64,000 nt of DNA from a virus (lineage: Duplodnaviria > Caudoviricetes): the IMG/VR virus record IMGVR_UViG_3300032236_001024, positions 1 through 64,000 of that record, one strand, 5' to 3'. The notes beneath the pieces were generated by a model, which ran no database searches, was not told where the DNA came from, and worked only from the letters and a program-made list of their open reading frames with translations. Shown here piece by piece: positions 1-10,015 of the stretch; position 1 is the stretch's first letter; every line of letters begins with the position of its first letter. The position numbers and the translations under genes were made by a program.

Positions 1-627
1 ATGCTCTTCAAATAGACCCTTCAATCCAGTAAGGAATGATTCAGTTACTTGAGCACGGATGTTGTTTTCTACTGCAAGCTTATTCTCAGAAATCCACTCT
101 GCTACTGCATAGTTTAGATATGAGTCGATGTTTTCCATCATATCTGACTTGATTTCTTCATATGATTCTTCAAGCTTTGATTCGAATTCTTCTTCTAGAC
201 GAGCAGCTTCAATTCCAACTCTAGTTGAAACAGCAGCTTCGAATAGTGTACCAACCTTAAGTCTAAAATCTTCTGAAAGATCAGATGAGTCACCGAAAAG
301 AAGTTCAAGGTCTTCCTTTACTGACTGCATGGAATCTCCATTAGCTTTTGACTTGATAGTAGCCATGTTCTTTGCAGAATTGTCACCAGTTGCAAGATTT
401 GCATTGTTATTAAAAAGTTCATCTGGCTCAGGAACACCCATAGCAACCATTACCTGTGAAAGATCATCCTTACCAAGCTGTGAAGCATATGCGACCATTC
501 TTGAAATTAGATCAGAACGAGATACATCAGTTGGCTTTGCGGCAATCGTAGCTTGATTAGATGCAGCAGCATCTTCTTCAAGATTGATTTCCTCTACCTC
601 TTCAATGTTGTTTAGTTCATCAGACAT
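1..627 (-). CDS. gp22: Prohead core (scaffold) protein, gp22-like; truncated by the window edge
   Basis: Not in the ORF track. Manual translation from the ATG at 627 gives MSDELNNIEEVEEINLEEDAAAS...LFEAAVSTRV...IDSYLNYAVAEWISENKLAVENNIRAQVTESFLTGLKGLFEEH, which is gp22-like. It lies directly downstream of gp21 and has an AGGAG RBS. Confidence 0.9.
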   Translation of the reverse strand, partial: MSDELNNIEEVEEINLEEDAAASNQATIAAKPTDVSRSDLISRMVAYASQLGKDDLSQVMVAMGVPEPDELFNNNANLATGDNSAKNMATIKSKANGDSMQSVKEDLELLFGDSSDLSEDFRLKVGTLFEAAVSTRVGIEAARLEEEFESKLEESYEEIKSDMMENIDSYLNYAVAEWISENKLAVENNIRAQVTESFLTGLKGLFEEH

Positions 628-658
628 TATTTTCTCCTATAAAATTTTATATGTAAAT

Positions 659-666
659 TATTTATG
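659..666 (-). promoter_or_regulatory. T4-type late promoter variant (CATAAATA)
   Basis: One mismatch to TATAAATA; lies in the gp21-gp22 intergenic region. Confidence 0.6.
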
Positions 667-670
667 TTTT

Positions 671-1342
671 TTAAAACTTTGAAATTAGATGCTGAAATAC
701 TCTCAGCTTTGCTTCTTCAAGTTGTTGTTTGGAAGGTTTATTGATAACCTTCGCAGCTACTTCTTCAATATGCTTCTTAGCTGCTTCTATCTTCTGTGCT
801 TTAATTAAACCATTGTCCCAAATCCAATCAACGCCTTCCATGATGCCATTTACAAAAGCATCAGGAGCGGATGGATCAGCAACAATATCAGCGGCTGTAG
901 CAAGATAGAAATCATCCTGAACAACATGAATACCATCCTTTTCTACAATTGATCCCATACCTCTTGTAGAAACACCAAGCTGAACACCACTCTCAATAAG
1001 GTTACGAGCGATTGTTCCCATAGGAGTATTAAGAATCTTTGCCTTGCCCATGAAGTCGTTGCCTTCTTGTGTAAGACTTACAATACAGTGTGAAACTCTA
1101 TCAAGGTTAATAGAAGGTCCATCTGGATGACCTAGTTCACCCAAGGCTCTATTCTTATTAACATAATGTTCGTTATAACGATTGACTTCACGAGCAACAG
1201 ATTCGCACTTATACATACGACCATTTCTGTTCTTCTGTTCAGTCTGGATGAAAGGACCGACAATATACATTGTCTTCTGACCTTCTCTTCCTTCTTCTGT
1301 AATACATTTTACTTGTTCGTTTAATTCTGTGATGAGTTTCAT
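671..1342 (-). CDS. gp21: Prohead core protease
   Basis: Motifs NRNGRMY, RALGELGHPDGP, LGVSTRGMGS and DIVADPSAPDAFV. Confidence 0.95.
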   Translation of the reverse strand: MKLITELNEQVKCITEEGREGQKTMYIVGPFIQTEQKNRNGRMYKCESVAREVNRYNEHYVNKNRALGELGHPDGPSINLDRVSHCIVSLTQEGNDFMGKAKILNTPMGTIARNLIESGVQLGVSTRGMGSIVEKDGIHVVQDDFYLATAADIVADPSAPDAFVNGIMEGVDWIWDNGLIKAQKIEAAKKHIEEVAAKVINKPSKQQLEEAKLRVFQHLISKF

Positions 1343-1353
1343 TTATCAGTTCC

Positions 1354-1602
1354 TTAATTCTTATATGCGACTGCAGTGGCTCTTAAATTTACGCCAAATA
1401 AAGTATCTGTTGTATCTTTTGCTACAGTCATTGACTCATATGCTGCTAATGTAGTATTAGCATATGTAGCAGTAGTATTTGCTATGGTTAAAATTGTGAC
1501 TGAATTGTTAGAATTAAAAACTCTAACCAATTTATTTGCACCAACTGTATTTGCAGTTGATAATGATACTTCTGTTCCTAAAAATTTATAAACAGCTGAC
1601 AT
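1354..1602 (-). CDS. Small hypothetical protein in the head gene cluster
   Basis: 82-aa ORF co-oriented and tightly packed upstream of gp21. Confidence 0.65.
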   Translation of the reverse strand: MSAVYKFLGTEVSLSTANTVGANKLVRVFNSNNSVTILTIANTTATYANTTLAAYESMTVAKDTTDTLFGVNLRATAVAYKN

Positions 1603-1605
1603 TTT

Positions 1606-2910
1606 TTAAAATCCTTGTTCTTCTGCAAATTTAATTAGTTGATCAAATCCTTCTTCAGTCTCTAGCTTTTCCATAAACTTTAATTTATTTTTTTCTGAAA
1701 GACTTTCATATAATCTATTTAGTTTTTCTTCTGCCATATTGGCATGTGTTTGTTCATCACCACCAACAGACTTTAATCCTTGTGAAGGAGGGAGAACAAT
1801 TTTTTCTTTTGATACAAGAGGATCAGTTTTTAATTTATTAATACTGTCTTGCATCATATTTACTTTACCAATTGCTTCATGCATATGCTTTGCACGAATC
1901 TTAGCGAGAACTGCACCAGCTACTTTTTCACCTTTTTCTTTTGAACCATAACGAGTTGCAGCATCTTTAGCTATCTTGGCAAAATTCTTACCTTTTTCAC
2001 CAATATCTTTTCCAGCACGAGCATCTTTTGCAGAATATACAGCTTCACCAAGTGGAGGTATAGCTGCACTTTTCTTTCCAATTTCAATTTCTGTTCTTGG
2101 TTGATGACGCTTTACAAGTTCTACTCTTCCATCTTTACCAATTCTTGTGGTAGTTTTAATATCACGAGAAGCAGTGTTTAATGTTCTTACATCAGCCGAT
2201 TCAGCAGCAACTTGAGTTTCTCTACCAGATTTAATTTTTTCTAATGCCTGCTTATGCTTTTGATATTTCATACGAAGATTGTCTGGTATAGGTCTTCCTT
2301 TTTTCTTAAGGAGAGAAATCTGTCTTGATGTTCTTTCAGCCCAAAATTCGTGGAACTGTCTATCTTGTCCAGCTTCTGCCAATTCAACTTCTTCATTCAT
2401 ATTCTGTGCTTTACTGGCAATCCCTTGTCTCTTCTTTGTGTAGATATCATGTAGATGCTTCTTGATTCTAAAATGATCAATTCTATCTTTCACATCATAA
2501 CCGGGATTCTTCATTTCCTTGCTTATAGTATCTACCTTCTTATATAATTCTTTAGTTTTTTTCAAATCTTCTCTGGCTTGTGGTATCATACTTTTAGGTT
2601 TGGCATTTTTATCCACAGCTTCAATAATTTCTACTTCTTCTTTTTTAAAATATTCTTTGGGACGATCACTTTTCATAAGGTCATCATATGACTGTGCATA
2701 TTTTTTTGCTTTTTCAGCATGACGCATTGCTCTATCAATAGAACTTTGATCTTTATTTCTTACACCATAATCATAAAAATAATGAGCATTAGTTACATTA
2801 GACTTTGCAAGTCTTCCATGCTCATCCCATGCTGTATCAGCTTGAGGTTTATCACGAGTAGAAGCAACTTTTGGTCTTAGATATTGATCAAAATCTGGTT
2901 TCTTATCCAT
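1606..2910 (-). CDS. Modular K/E-rich prohead core or internal head protein with a gp68-like C-terminus
   Basis: The C-terminus LYESLSEKNKLKFMEKLETEEGFDQLIKFAEE resembles gp68. It contains EEVE linkers and lies between gp67 and gp21. Confidence 0.6.
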   Translation of the reverse strand: MDKKPDFDQYLRPKVASTRDKPQADTAWDEHGRLAKSNVTNAHYFYDYGVRNKDQSSIDRAMRHAEKAKKYAQSYDDLMKSDRPKEYFKKEEVEIIEAVDKNAKPKSMIPQAREDLKKTKELYKKVDTISKEMKNPGYDVKDRIDHFRIKKHLHDIYTKKRQGIASKAQNMNEEVELAEAGQDRQFHEFWAERTSRQISLLKKKGRPIPDNLRMKYQKHKQALEKIKSGRETQVAAESADVRTLNTASRDIKTTTRIGKDGRVELVKRHQPRTEIEIGKKSAAIPPLGEAVYSAKDARAGKDIGEKGKNFAKIAKDAATRYGSKEKGEKVAGAVLAKIRAKHMHEAIGKVNMMQDSINKLKTDPLVSKEKIVLPPSQGLKSVGGDEQTHANMAEEKLNRLYESLSEKNKLKFMEKLETEEGFDQLIKFAEEQGF

Positions 2911-2913
2911 CTC

Positions 2914-4224
2914 TTACTTACCTCTGTTTAAAAAACCACGCTTGTTAAGCGTTGCCCAAGCAATCTTTTTTGCCTTTTCTGGTGATTTACCAGCTTCAAT
3001 TTCACTCTTTTCGATGTGCTTTTCCATACGGTCAACCTTAGCACCTTCTTCGACATGTTCTACTTCTTCAGTAGCCTTTACCTTTGGCTCAGGGAAACCA
3101 TGCTTTTTATCTCCCCACTTCTTAAGAAGTGCAAGATCAATTCCCTTTTTTCTCTTTTCAGAAGTTGGTGCATCATCACCATAATATGCATCACGACTGC
3201 TTGTTTTAGCCTTTTGAATATATCTGGTAGCAAGATCACGAGAAATTTCATGAATGGCTTCACGATAACCTTCATCCATTGATTTCTTGGCAGCTTCTGT
3301 CTTTTCAGCAAATTCAATTACGGCTTGTTCTTCCATAATTCTTTTTACTTCAGTTCTCAAGATTGCCTTAGCAGTATCACATGCATCATCATAATCTTCT
3401 GTGAAATACTCATCTTCAGTTGAAGGATTGATTACAAGATAATTTCCCTTTGTATCTTCATGAACTGAGATCATATGATCGCCAATCTTGAATGACTTAA
3501 CATGTGAGAATACGTTTTCTTCAATCTGTTCAACTTCTTCAGCCATTTCTTTCTTCTTAGTAAGAAGTTCCTTCCAATCAGTCTTTTCTTTCTTCTTCTT
3601 TTCAGGATGATATGGAGCATCTGGATTTGGTTTCTTCTTACCACCAGCTTCATAACGCTTATAATATTCGTCTTCACCCTTAGCTTCTTCGACTGATTCT
3701 ACTTCTTCTTTCTTAAGATACTTGCCAATAACCTTACGTCTATTCTTTAGATAAGAATCAGTTGAGTCAACCTTACCATCGTTGTTAACATCAGAATCTT
3801 CTTTTCCAACTGGATCAAGTGCTGGCTTTTTCTTTTTTCCTTTAGAGTCATAACGAGCTTCATACTCAGCCTGACCTTTCATCTTCCATTCTTTTTCATC
3901 AAGCTGTTCAGTTTCTTCTTCAACTGCTTCAACTTCTTCCTTAACATCTTTATCCTTTTCAGGATAATCATTTGTTACCTTAAGGTTCTTGTCGTACACT
4001 TCCTTGGATTCATCATCTGGACCATTTTCATATGATGCAGTTGGTGGGTCTAACTTACGATCTCTTCCATTGAAAAGAAAATCTTGATCAGTAATTCCTG
4101 GCACCATATCTCTATTCGATGGTTTAACTTCACCATGTAATGCCTTGAAATTTTGTTCGCCTTGTGAAAGAGGCTGTGCAACTTCCATAATAGAACTAAT
4201 AGTGCTGAGTACTGACTTTGCCAT
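2914..4224 (-). CDS. Modular K/E-rich internal head protein (putative gp21-processed polyprotein)
   Basis: Four EEVExxEE linkers separate short modules; an EF-hand-like [12 protein letters not shown] is present; it sits in the head gene cluster. Confidence 0.6.
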   Translation of the reverse strand: MAKSVLSTISSIMEVAQPLSQGEQNFKALHGEVKPSNRDMVPGITDQDFLFNGRDRKLDPPTASYENGPDDESKEVYDKNLKVTNDYPEKDKDVKEEVEAVEEETEQLDEKEWKMKGQAEYEARYDSKGKKKKPALDPVGKEDSDVNNDGKVDSTDSYLKNRRKVIGKYLKKEEVESVEEAKGEDEYYKRYEAGGKKKPNPDAPYHPEKKKKEKTDWKELLTKKKEMAEEVEQIEENVFSHVKSFKIGDHMISVHEDTKGNYLVINPSTEDEYFTEDYDDACDTAKAILRTEVKRIMEEQAVIEFAEKTEAAKKSMDEGYREAIHEISRDLATRYIQKAKTSSRDAYYGDDAPTSEKRKKGIDLALLKKWGDKKHGFPEPKVKATEEVEHVEEGAKVDRMEKHIEKSEIEAGKSPEKAKKIAWATLNKRGFLNRGK

Positions 4225-4230
4225 TGTTAA

Positions 4231-4422
4231 TTATCCTTCGTGATCTTCGTTATCTGATGTTGCGGTTGGTGGAACAAAAAGTCTAGCAGAAACATCAGCG
4301 ACCATTGACTCAACATGATCTGTAATACGTGACTGCATTTCTGCGTCTAACGCACTACGTAGATTTACTGCGTCTTTATTCCATGCATGGACTAAAATGT
4401 TTTCAAGGTTCTCATTATTCAT
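4231..4422 (-). CDS. gp67: Prohead core protein gp67-like
   Basis: 63-aa helical protein immediately downstream of the portal gene, as in T4-like phages. Confidence 0.65.
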   Translation of the reverse strand: MNNENLENILVHAWNKDAVNLRSALDAEMQSRITDHVESMVADVSARLFVPPTATSDNEDHEG

Positions 4423-4452
4423 CTATTTTCTCCAATAAAAATTCTGTTTCTT

Positions 4453-4460
4453 TATTTATA
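4453..4460 (-). promoter_or_regulatory. T4-type late promoter TATAAATA
   Basis: Exact consensus 31 bp upstream of the gp67-like start. Confidence 0.8.
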
Positions 4461-4465
4461 ATTCT

Positions 4466-6076
4466 TTAGTGTGCGCTACCTTTACCGGGAATATTTGCTT
4501 TATTATTGGTATTATTAGGCTTTTGTTGCGCTTGTTGATCTTGTTCTTGTTGTTTCATACCAGCAAATCCTTGATTTACTTCTGAATCAGGAACCATCAT
4601 TTCTGGTGGTGGCATTTCTTCTGCCATCTCTTGCATCATTTCTGCAATTTCTTCATCTGTCTGTTGTAGAACATTTCTACGAATCCACATATCAGAATAA
4701 TACTTACCAATATATGGTTGAATCATATTGAGAGTATTAAGTCTGTTGGTAATAATTTCTGCATCTTTAAATTCCTCAAAATGATTGTCGATCTTGAAAT
4801 CAAAATTTAATTGATTTGAAATTTCAGGCCAATCTGCTTCTGCTACAATACCTTTAAGAATTAATTGTTTCTCAAGTGTCTTCAAAAGCAATTGTTGAAA
4901 ACGTCTACGCAGTCTTCCTACAAACTTAGTGAACTTCACTTCATCTCTTGAAATTTCTGCAGAACGACCAAGATTAAATCCAGCTTGTCCTGGTTCCAAT
5001 CTTGACATAGGAACATTCAATGCCTGATATAATTTTTTCTGAAAGTACTGAACATCTGATAGTTCACCAAGATTTTGACCAGCTGGAAGAGTAGTAATTT
5101 CAGTACCACGATTGCCTTCACGACGAGGTAGCCAATAATCCTCAAGCATAGTCATATACTTTCGATCATCACGCACTTCACCAGTAGAAGCATCATATAC
5201 AAGGCGATTCTTATGGCGAACCATCATATCTCTAAGATACTGTTCTGCCTTAAGCTTTGGAAGATTACCAACGTCAATATAGAAAATTCTTCTTTCAGGA
5301 GCACGAGAAATACGATAGATGACTGTAGCATCCTCAAGTGTTCTCAACTGATTTAATGGCTTGATTGCTTTCTGAAGATAAGAATAAACAAGCTTATTAT
5401 TGCTATCCATCATACCAGATGTGACATGAAGAATAGAATCAACAGAAATTCTTAGACCAGATGTATTTGTGTCTAAAGGAAGACCTCCATTACCACCAGC
5501 TGGAAGAAAACTTCTTTCATTGTATACGAAGTATTCTTTTTGAGTATCAAATACTGTGGCTTGTCCTTTTGGTCTTTTCTTTACTTCTCTTATTTTACGA
5601 ATTTTTCTTGGATCAAGATAACGAAGTTCTTTAATACCATCTCTTGGTCTTGCTTCATCAATGATGATATGATAATACATACGTCCATCGATGTACCATC
5701 TTTTGAAGATATCATATGCTTCATTTTGAAAATTAAATAAATCAAGAACATTAGAGAACTCTTCTCTGATAAGTTCTTTTACATTGTCGCTATATTCAAG
5801 TTTATCTGTATTAATAGAAACAATCTCATCAGCATCAGCGTCAATAGCTTCATTGACGATATCATCAATGGCTTGTTCTATCTCTGGCTGTAATGAAATT
5901 TCTCTGTATTTGGCAACTAATTCTGATTCTGTTCTTGCAGTACCATCTAGGTCAACGAATGTGCCATAAGCACCACCAGCTGCAACAACAACAGCGCCAT
6001 CGTCCTTTATCTCTGGAGCAAAGGATTCAATAGGTTCTTCAGTTTTTCTTTTGATTTCAAATCCAAAAAGTTGCAT
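4466..6076 (-). CDS. gp20: Portal vertex protein
   Basis: Motifs YRISRAPERRIFYIDVGNLPKLKAEQY, MLEDYWLPRREGNRGTEITTLP and EISRDEVKF. Confidence 0.97.
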   Translation of the reverse strand: MQLFGFEIKRKTEEPIESFAPEIKDDGAVVVAAGGAYGTFVDLDGTARTESELVAKYREISLQPEIEQAIDDIVNEAIDADADEIVSINTDKLEYSDNVKELIREEFSNVLDLFNFQNEAYDIFKRWYIDGRMYYHIIIDEARPRDGIKELRYLDPRKIRKIREVKKRPKGQATVFDTQKEYFVYNERSFLPAGGNGGLPLDTNTSGLRISVDSILHVTSGMMDSNNKLVYSYLQKAIKPLNQLRTLEDATVIYRISRAPERRIFYIDVGNLPKLKAEQYLRDMMVRHKNRLVYDASTGEVRDDRKYMTMLEDYWLPRREGNRGTEITTLPAGQNLGELSDVQYFQKKLYQALNVPMSRLEPGQAGFNLGRSAEISRDEVKFTKFVGRLRRRFQQLLLKTLEKQLILKGIVAEADWPEISNQLNFDFKIDNHFEEFKDAEIITNRLNTLNMIQPYIGKYYSDMWIRRNVLQQTDEEIAEMMQEMAEEMPPPEMMVPDSEVNQGFAGMKQQEQDQQAQQKPNNTNNKANIPGKGSAH

Positions 6077-6092
6077 AATAATATTTTTCCTT

Positions 6093-6130
6093 AAGAAAAG
6101 AGAGCCGTTACTCTATTTATAACGGCTCTC
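6093..6130 (-). terminator. Rho-independent terminator after gp19
   Basis: Minus strand: GAGAGCCGTTA-9 nt loop-TAACGGCTCTC (perfect 11-bp stem) followed by TTTTCTT. Confidence 0.85.
6114..6121 (-). promoter_or_regulatory. Late promoter TATAAATA embedded in the terminator hairpin, upstream of gp20
   Basis: Exact consensus spanning the stem-loop junction. Confidence 0.75.
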
Positions 6131-6140
6131 GATTACTTAA

Positions 6141-6692
6141 TTATGATCCGCCAGCATTACCAGTAACGCCATTCACGATTTCGAATGTGTCATACTGGAA
6201 TGTTACTTGGAACTCTTCGATTTCATCAACAGATGCCCACTGCAAATCAATTGTAGAAATTGCTTCTGGATAAATTCCATTGAACTGATATGTTCTTAGA
6301 ACTTCTCCAGCCTTGCCATACTGAGTTACAGTTGCCTGTGACTTGTATTCTGCAGGAGCGCCAGTAGGTAGTGCTGTGACATTTTGCTGATAGAGATTAA
6401 TATAGTTATTCCACTGTTCCATTGCATCTCTCACAGCAAAGTCTTCGTCATTGATAATGGTTACTGTCCATGGATCAAAACGACGATCACCAGCCATCTT
6501 AAGTCTTCTTCCAAAGTAAGGAACCTCAATTAGACCAAGTTGTGAACTTGGAATTTGAGCTACCTTACAAAGAAATGGGAGCTTAATATCAGCAACCGGA
6601 TTAATTGGGTTGCTGATGATTACTTGGAAGAGGGATGGTCTTGCGCCACCAAATTGAAGGCGTGATCTGATATCATTAATATTGAATGCCAT
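6141..6692 (-). CDS. gp19: Tail tube protein
   Basis: Motifs GGARPSLFQV, EVPYFGRRLKMAGDRRFDPWTVTIINDEDF and IEEFQVTFQYD. Confidence 0.95.
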   Translation of the reverse strand: MAFNINDIRSRLQFGGARPSLFQVIISNPINPVADIKLPFLCKVAQIPSSQLGLIEVPYFGRRLKMAGDRRFDPWTVTIINDEDFAVRDAMEQWNNYINLYQQNVTALPTGAPAEYKSQATVTQYGKAGEVLRTYQFNGIYPEAISTIDLQWASVDEIEEFQVTFQYDTFEIVNGVTGNAGGS

Positions 6693-6706
6693 TTTATTTC
6701 TCCCTC

Positions 6707-8821
6707 TTAGAACTTACCAACAATTTCTTCGAACTCAACACCAGTGCGTACAGCAACGAAGTTAAGCTGGATGAAATTGATTGAACGTGCGGGCTTAATG
6801 TAAATGTCACCTCTGAATTCGTTTCTGTCAATAACTTCTGGAGTATTGTTTGTTGTGTCACAAACAACTCTGAAATCATAGATTCCACGACGACCTTGAA
6901 TGTCACGAAGATATGGTTCTACAAGATTGCGGAATGCTGCTCTTGTAAAATCATCGTTAAATTCAAATAGAGTTGACTTAGCAGCTGTTGCAATTGCTTT
7001 CTCAAGTACGATGAACAATCTACGTACATTGATACGATCAAATGCAGATGGTCTTGAAAGCAATGTCTTATCACCATAAAGAAGCGTTCCCTGTCCTTGT
7101 AGTGTTACTACAGGATTGATTCCGTTACGATAAAGAACATCACGTTCAGTTTTATTTGGATTATAAGAAAGTTTTACAACATTCTTGATAACACCTCTGT
7201 TCAATCCAGCTGGTGAGAACCATGGATCACGAACATTGTCAGTACGAACACAGAGACCAGCAATATCACCATTGAGTGGAACCCAACGATAAACATCATT
7301 GTACTTGTCATACTGATACTTATAGCCAGAATCTAGTACTGCATAAGATGTTGAAGTCAATGCATTTCTGAATGCAAGAACATTGTTCATTTCTTGACCG
7401 GGGGCATTTACTGTGTTATTCAATTCAGGTGAAATAAATGCTACACAATCTTTTCTATATTCACAGATATTATCTATGATATAGTTTGCAAGTGTTTCGC
7501 CAATATTTCCTCTTGACTTACCACCAAGAATCAATGAAACATCTACATCTTCAGATGACTTATACTTGTCATATGCAGTCATTAACTTTGATGTAGAAAT
7601 AGCTGTTTCACTATCACCATCTGCACCATTATTAAATGATAATGATAAATTAGTTGTAATACCTGGTGCAAGAGAAGTATTGTCAGAATTTTTTTCAGTT
7701 GCTTCGAGTGGTCTAGTTGACCATACATAACGTGATCTATTGTTTAGAACATCTCTATAGTAGATCGAACCACCTTGTTCACTCTTGGCATCCTTTGCAA
7801 CAGAAACATTGCTCCAAACTTCAAGAATTTCACCAGGAATTCCTGTAATCTTACCATCTTCGTCTGAAACAACGACATGAATTTCATCTCTTACTGAATT
7901 ATTTGCATTTCTATCATCGACATACTTAGTACTAGTAGGAGCAGTATCTACAGCATTGTGGTATTCCCAATACTTAGTACCAAATGAAGTTGTTGTTCCA
8001 GTAGAAACAAGATTTCCGCTAATAGTAAGGTCATCTTTTTGTCTAAATGTTTCTACAAATGTAAGTGGGAAATATGAATATCCCCATGTATGTGTAGCAT
8101 TTGAAGTTGGAACTGTTACAACACTACCAATACTCTGAATAGTCATATATTGTGTACCAATAGTGCTATTTCCTACAAGAAGCTTATCACCAACAATAAA
8201 TTTTCCGTTTAAATCAGCAGCAGCAACACTAGAAAATGTGTTGGCAAGATGTTGATAAAATACATTTGCTGTAGATGAACCTACAGGCAAACTAAACGAA
8301 TAATAAGTATTTGATGATGAAACAGAAGTATTTGATCCATTATATGCTACAATAGTGCTTTGATAAGCATTTGATGATGGACAAATTGAAATTTTCAATG
8401 AATTTCCATGATGACCAGCATACTTAGCAACAAAGTAAACATTTGCATACGTTGCTGAAGCTTCAAAAGATGATTTTTGTGTCTGATAATCGCTTAAATT
8501 TTTAACTACAATATTGCCAGGAGTTGAAACTCCACTATTTGCATAAGCATTATAAGTAGTTGCAGATGCTGCTCTTGTTACATATAGCTGATTGCCATAT
8601 GCCAAAAAGTTTGCAGCTGTGAAAAATGATTCGTAATTGTTGGCAGTTGGCTTACCAAAAACTGATACTAACTCATCCTCAGAAGAGACAAGAACTCTCT
8701 CTTCGATTGGACCCCATTTGAAAACTCCAGCTGTTCCACCAAAAGTAGAAGAGACTGCAGGAACAATGGTTGTTAGATCAATTTCAGATACGTTAACGCC
8801 TGGGCTAACTTGAAATGGCAT
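6707..8821 (-). CDS. gp18: Tail sheath protein
   Basis: N-terminus MPFQVSPGVNVSEIDLT; motifs PWFSPAGLNRG, FDRINVRRLF and IYIKPARSINFIQLNFVA. Confidence 0.97.
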   Translation of the reverse strand: MPFQVSPGVNVSEIDLTTIVPAVSSTFGGTAGVFKWGPIEERVLVSSEDELVSVFGKPTANNYESFFTAANFLAYGNQLYVTRAASATTYNAYANSGVSTPGNIVVKNLSDYQTQKSSFEASATYANVYFVAKYAGHHGNSLKISICPSSNAYQSTIVAYNGSNTSVSSSNTYYSFSLPVGSSTANVFYQHLANTFSSVAAADLNGKFIVGDKLLVGNSTIGTQYMTIQSIGSVVTVPTSNATHTWGYSYFPLTFVETFRQKDDLTISGNLVSTGTTTSFGTKYWEYHNAVDTAPTSTKYVDDRNANNSVRDEIHVVVSDEDGKITGIPGEILEVWSNVSVAKDAKSEQGGSIYYRDVLNNRSRYVWSTRPLEATEKNSDNTSLAPGITTNLSLSFNNGADGDSETAISTSKLMTAYDKYKSSEDVDVSLILGGKSRGNIGETLANYIIDNICEYRKDCVAFISPELNNTVNAPGQEMNNVLAFRNALTSTSYAVLDSGYKYQYDKYNDVYRWVPLNGDIAGLCVRTDNVRDPWFSPAGLNRGVIKNVVKLSYNPNKTERDVLYRNGINPVVTLQGQGTLLYGDKTLLSRPSAFDRINVRRLFIVLEKAIATAAKSTLFEFNDDFTRAAFRNLVEPYLRDIQGRRGIYDFRVVCDTTNNTPEVIDRNEFRGDIYIKPARSINFIQLNFVAVRTGVEFEEIVGKF

Positions 8822-8867
8822 TGTTTTCTCCTTTTTATAATAAAAATCATATACTAATTCGTATGAT

Positions 8868-8875
8868 TATTTATA
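8868..8875 (-). promoter_or_regulatory. T4-type late promoter TATAAATA
   Basis: Exact consensus upstream of gp18. Confidence 0.85.
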
Positions 8876-8881
8876 AAAACA

Positions 8882-10015
8882 TCAATTTAGCAAAAATCTT
8901 TCGAATTCGCTTGAACTCATAACCTTATCCTCAAAATCATCCTCTCTGCCATCATCTATAATGCCAAATGGAGTGAAATCTTCCTCAACTTCTTCCTCAA
9001 TTCTTCTGCGGATATCAGTATTTGATACATCTTTAAAATAATTTTGACTTACCATCCAAGCAAACAACACCAAACACATTACCAAATCATCATGATGACC
9101 TTCTTCCGCATTATAGGTATTTTTGTCTACCGCATAGGTCGAAAGTTCATTTATTATATCATAATCATTTAAAATTATTTTATCCGATTCAATAAGGGTT
9201 TTTAAGTTAGCGCATCCTATTCTTTTGGTGATTTGGGTTGTTTTTATTCCTAATCTATTTTGATTGCCATCTGTACCTATAGCAGTGCCTTTTCTTCCAC
9301 TCATTCTGGTCATTACTATGTTTTCATATTCCAAATCTTGGTGTAGAATGTTGACAACCTGTGAACCTATATTTATTTCCACTAAAATAGAGGCATCATT
9401 GTAGTATCTGCCAATATTTGCTATCAAGGTAGGGAAAACTAACTGTGACATATTTGCATCTTTAAATGTAGCAACTACTTCATATGGTACTGTAGAACAA
9501 TCAGTAACTACAAGAGCAGACGAATCCATACCCAACCCCTCACTCACATCTACTGTTATTGCATATACATGGTCTTTAATTGGATGCTTATAGATTTTTA
9601 CTTCATGTGGATTGTCGATTGGACGCATATAAACCAATCTGGAAAGTACAGTTGGGTGAATAAGAGTATTAGAAGACCCTAAGAATTCGCAATTGTGTGA
9701 TAAAATATCGTTAGCATAAAACTGCTCATTTTCTACCCCAACAATATCAAAATATTCAAATTCTCCATCTTTATAATCTAAAAAAAATATTTTTGATTTT
9801 TCATTTTTACATATGATAATGTCGTCGTTCTTAAGATCAATAGATTTTTTCCACCCATCTACAGTCATAATTCTATGGGTAAGAGAACATTTTAATTGAC
9901 TACCATTTTCTAAATAAATTTCAATTTGTCCATTTTTTTTAATTTTTTGTACACCTTTAAAAGGTAAATAGCCTTCAGATGTTTCTATTAATATATTATT
10001 ATTTTTAAAGAACAT
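8882..10015 (-). CDS. gp17: Large terminase C-terminal half: IntC (108 aa) fused to the nuclease domain
   Basis: The first 108 aa end in FDIVGVENEQFYANDILSHN followed by CEFLGS (intein blocks F/G and the Cys+1). The remainder has the RNase H-like terminase motifs ITVDVSEGLGMDSS and AEEGHHDDLVM. Confidence 0.93.
   Translation of the reverse strand: MFFKNNNILIETSEGYLPFKGVQKIKKNGQIEIYLENGSQLKCSLTHRIMTVDGWKKSIDLKNDDIIICKNEKSKIFFLDYKDGEFEYFDIVGVENEQFYANDILSHNCEFLGSSNTLIHPTVLSRLVYMRPIDNPHEVKIYKHPIKDHVYAITVDVSEGLGMDSSALVVTDCSTVPYEVVATFKDANMSQLVFPTLIANIGRYYNDASILVEINIGSQVVNILHQDLEYENIVMTRMSGRKGTAIGTDGNQNRLGIKTTQITKRIGCANLKTLIESDKIILNDYDIINELSTYAVDKNTYNAEEGHHDDLVMCLVLFAWMVSQNYFKDVSNTDIRRRIEEEVEEDFTPFGIIDDGREDDFEDKVMSSSEFERFLLN
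9692..10015 (-). mobile_element. Split intein, C-fragment (IntC, 108 aa)
   Basis: Block B (CSLTH), block F and a terminal His-Asn followed by Cys. Confidence 0.9.

Noticed and set aside
128-556. 142-aa plus-strand ORF
   Set aside because: It is a Ser-rich antisense shadow of the gp22 gene on the minus strand.
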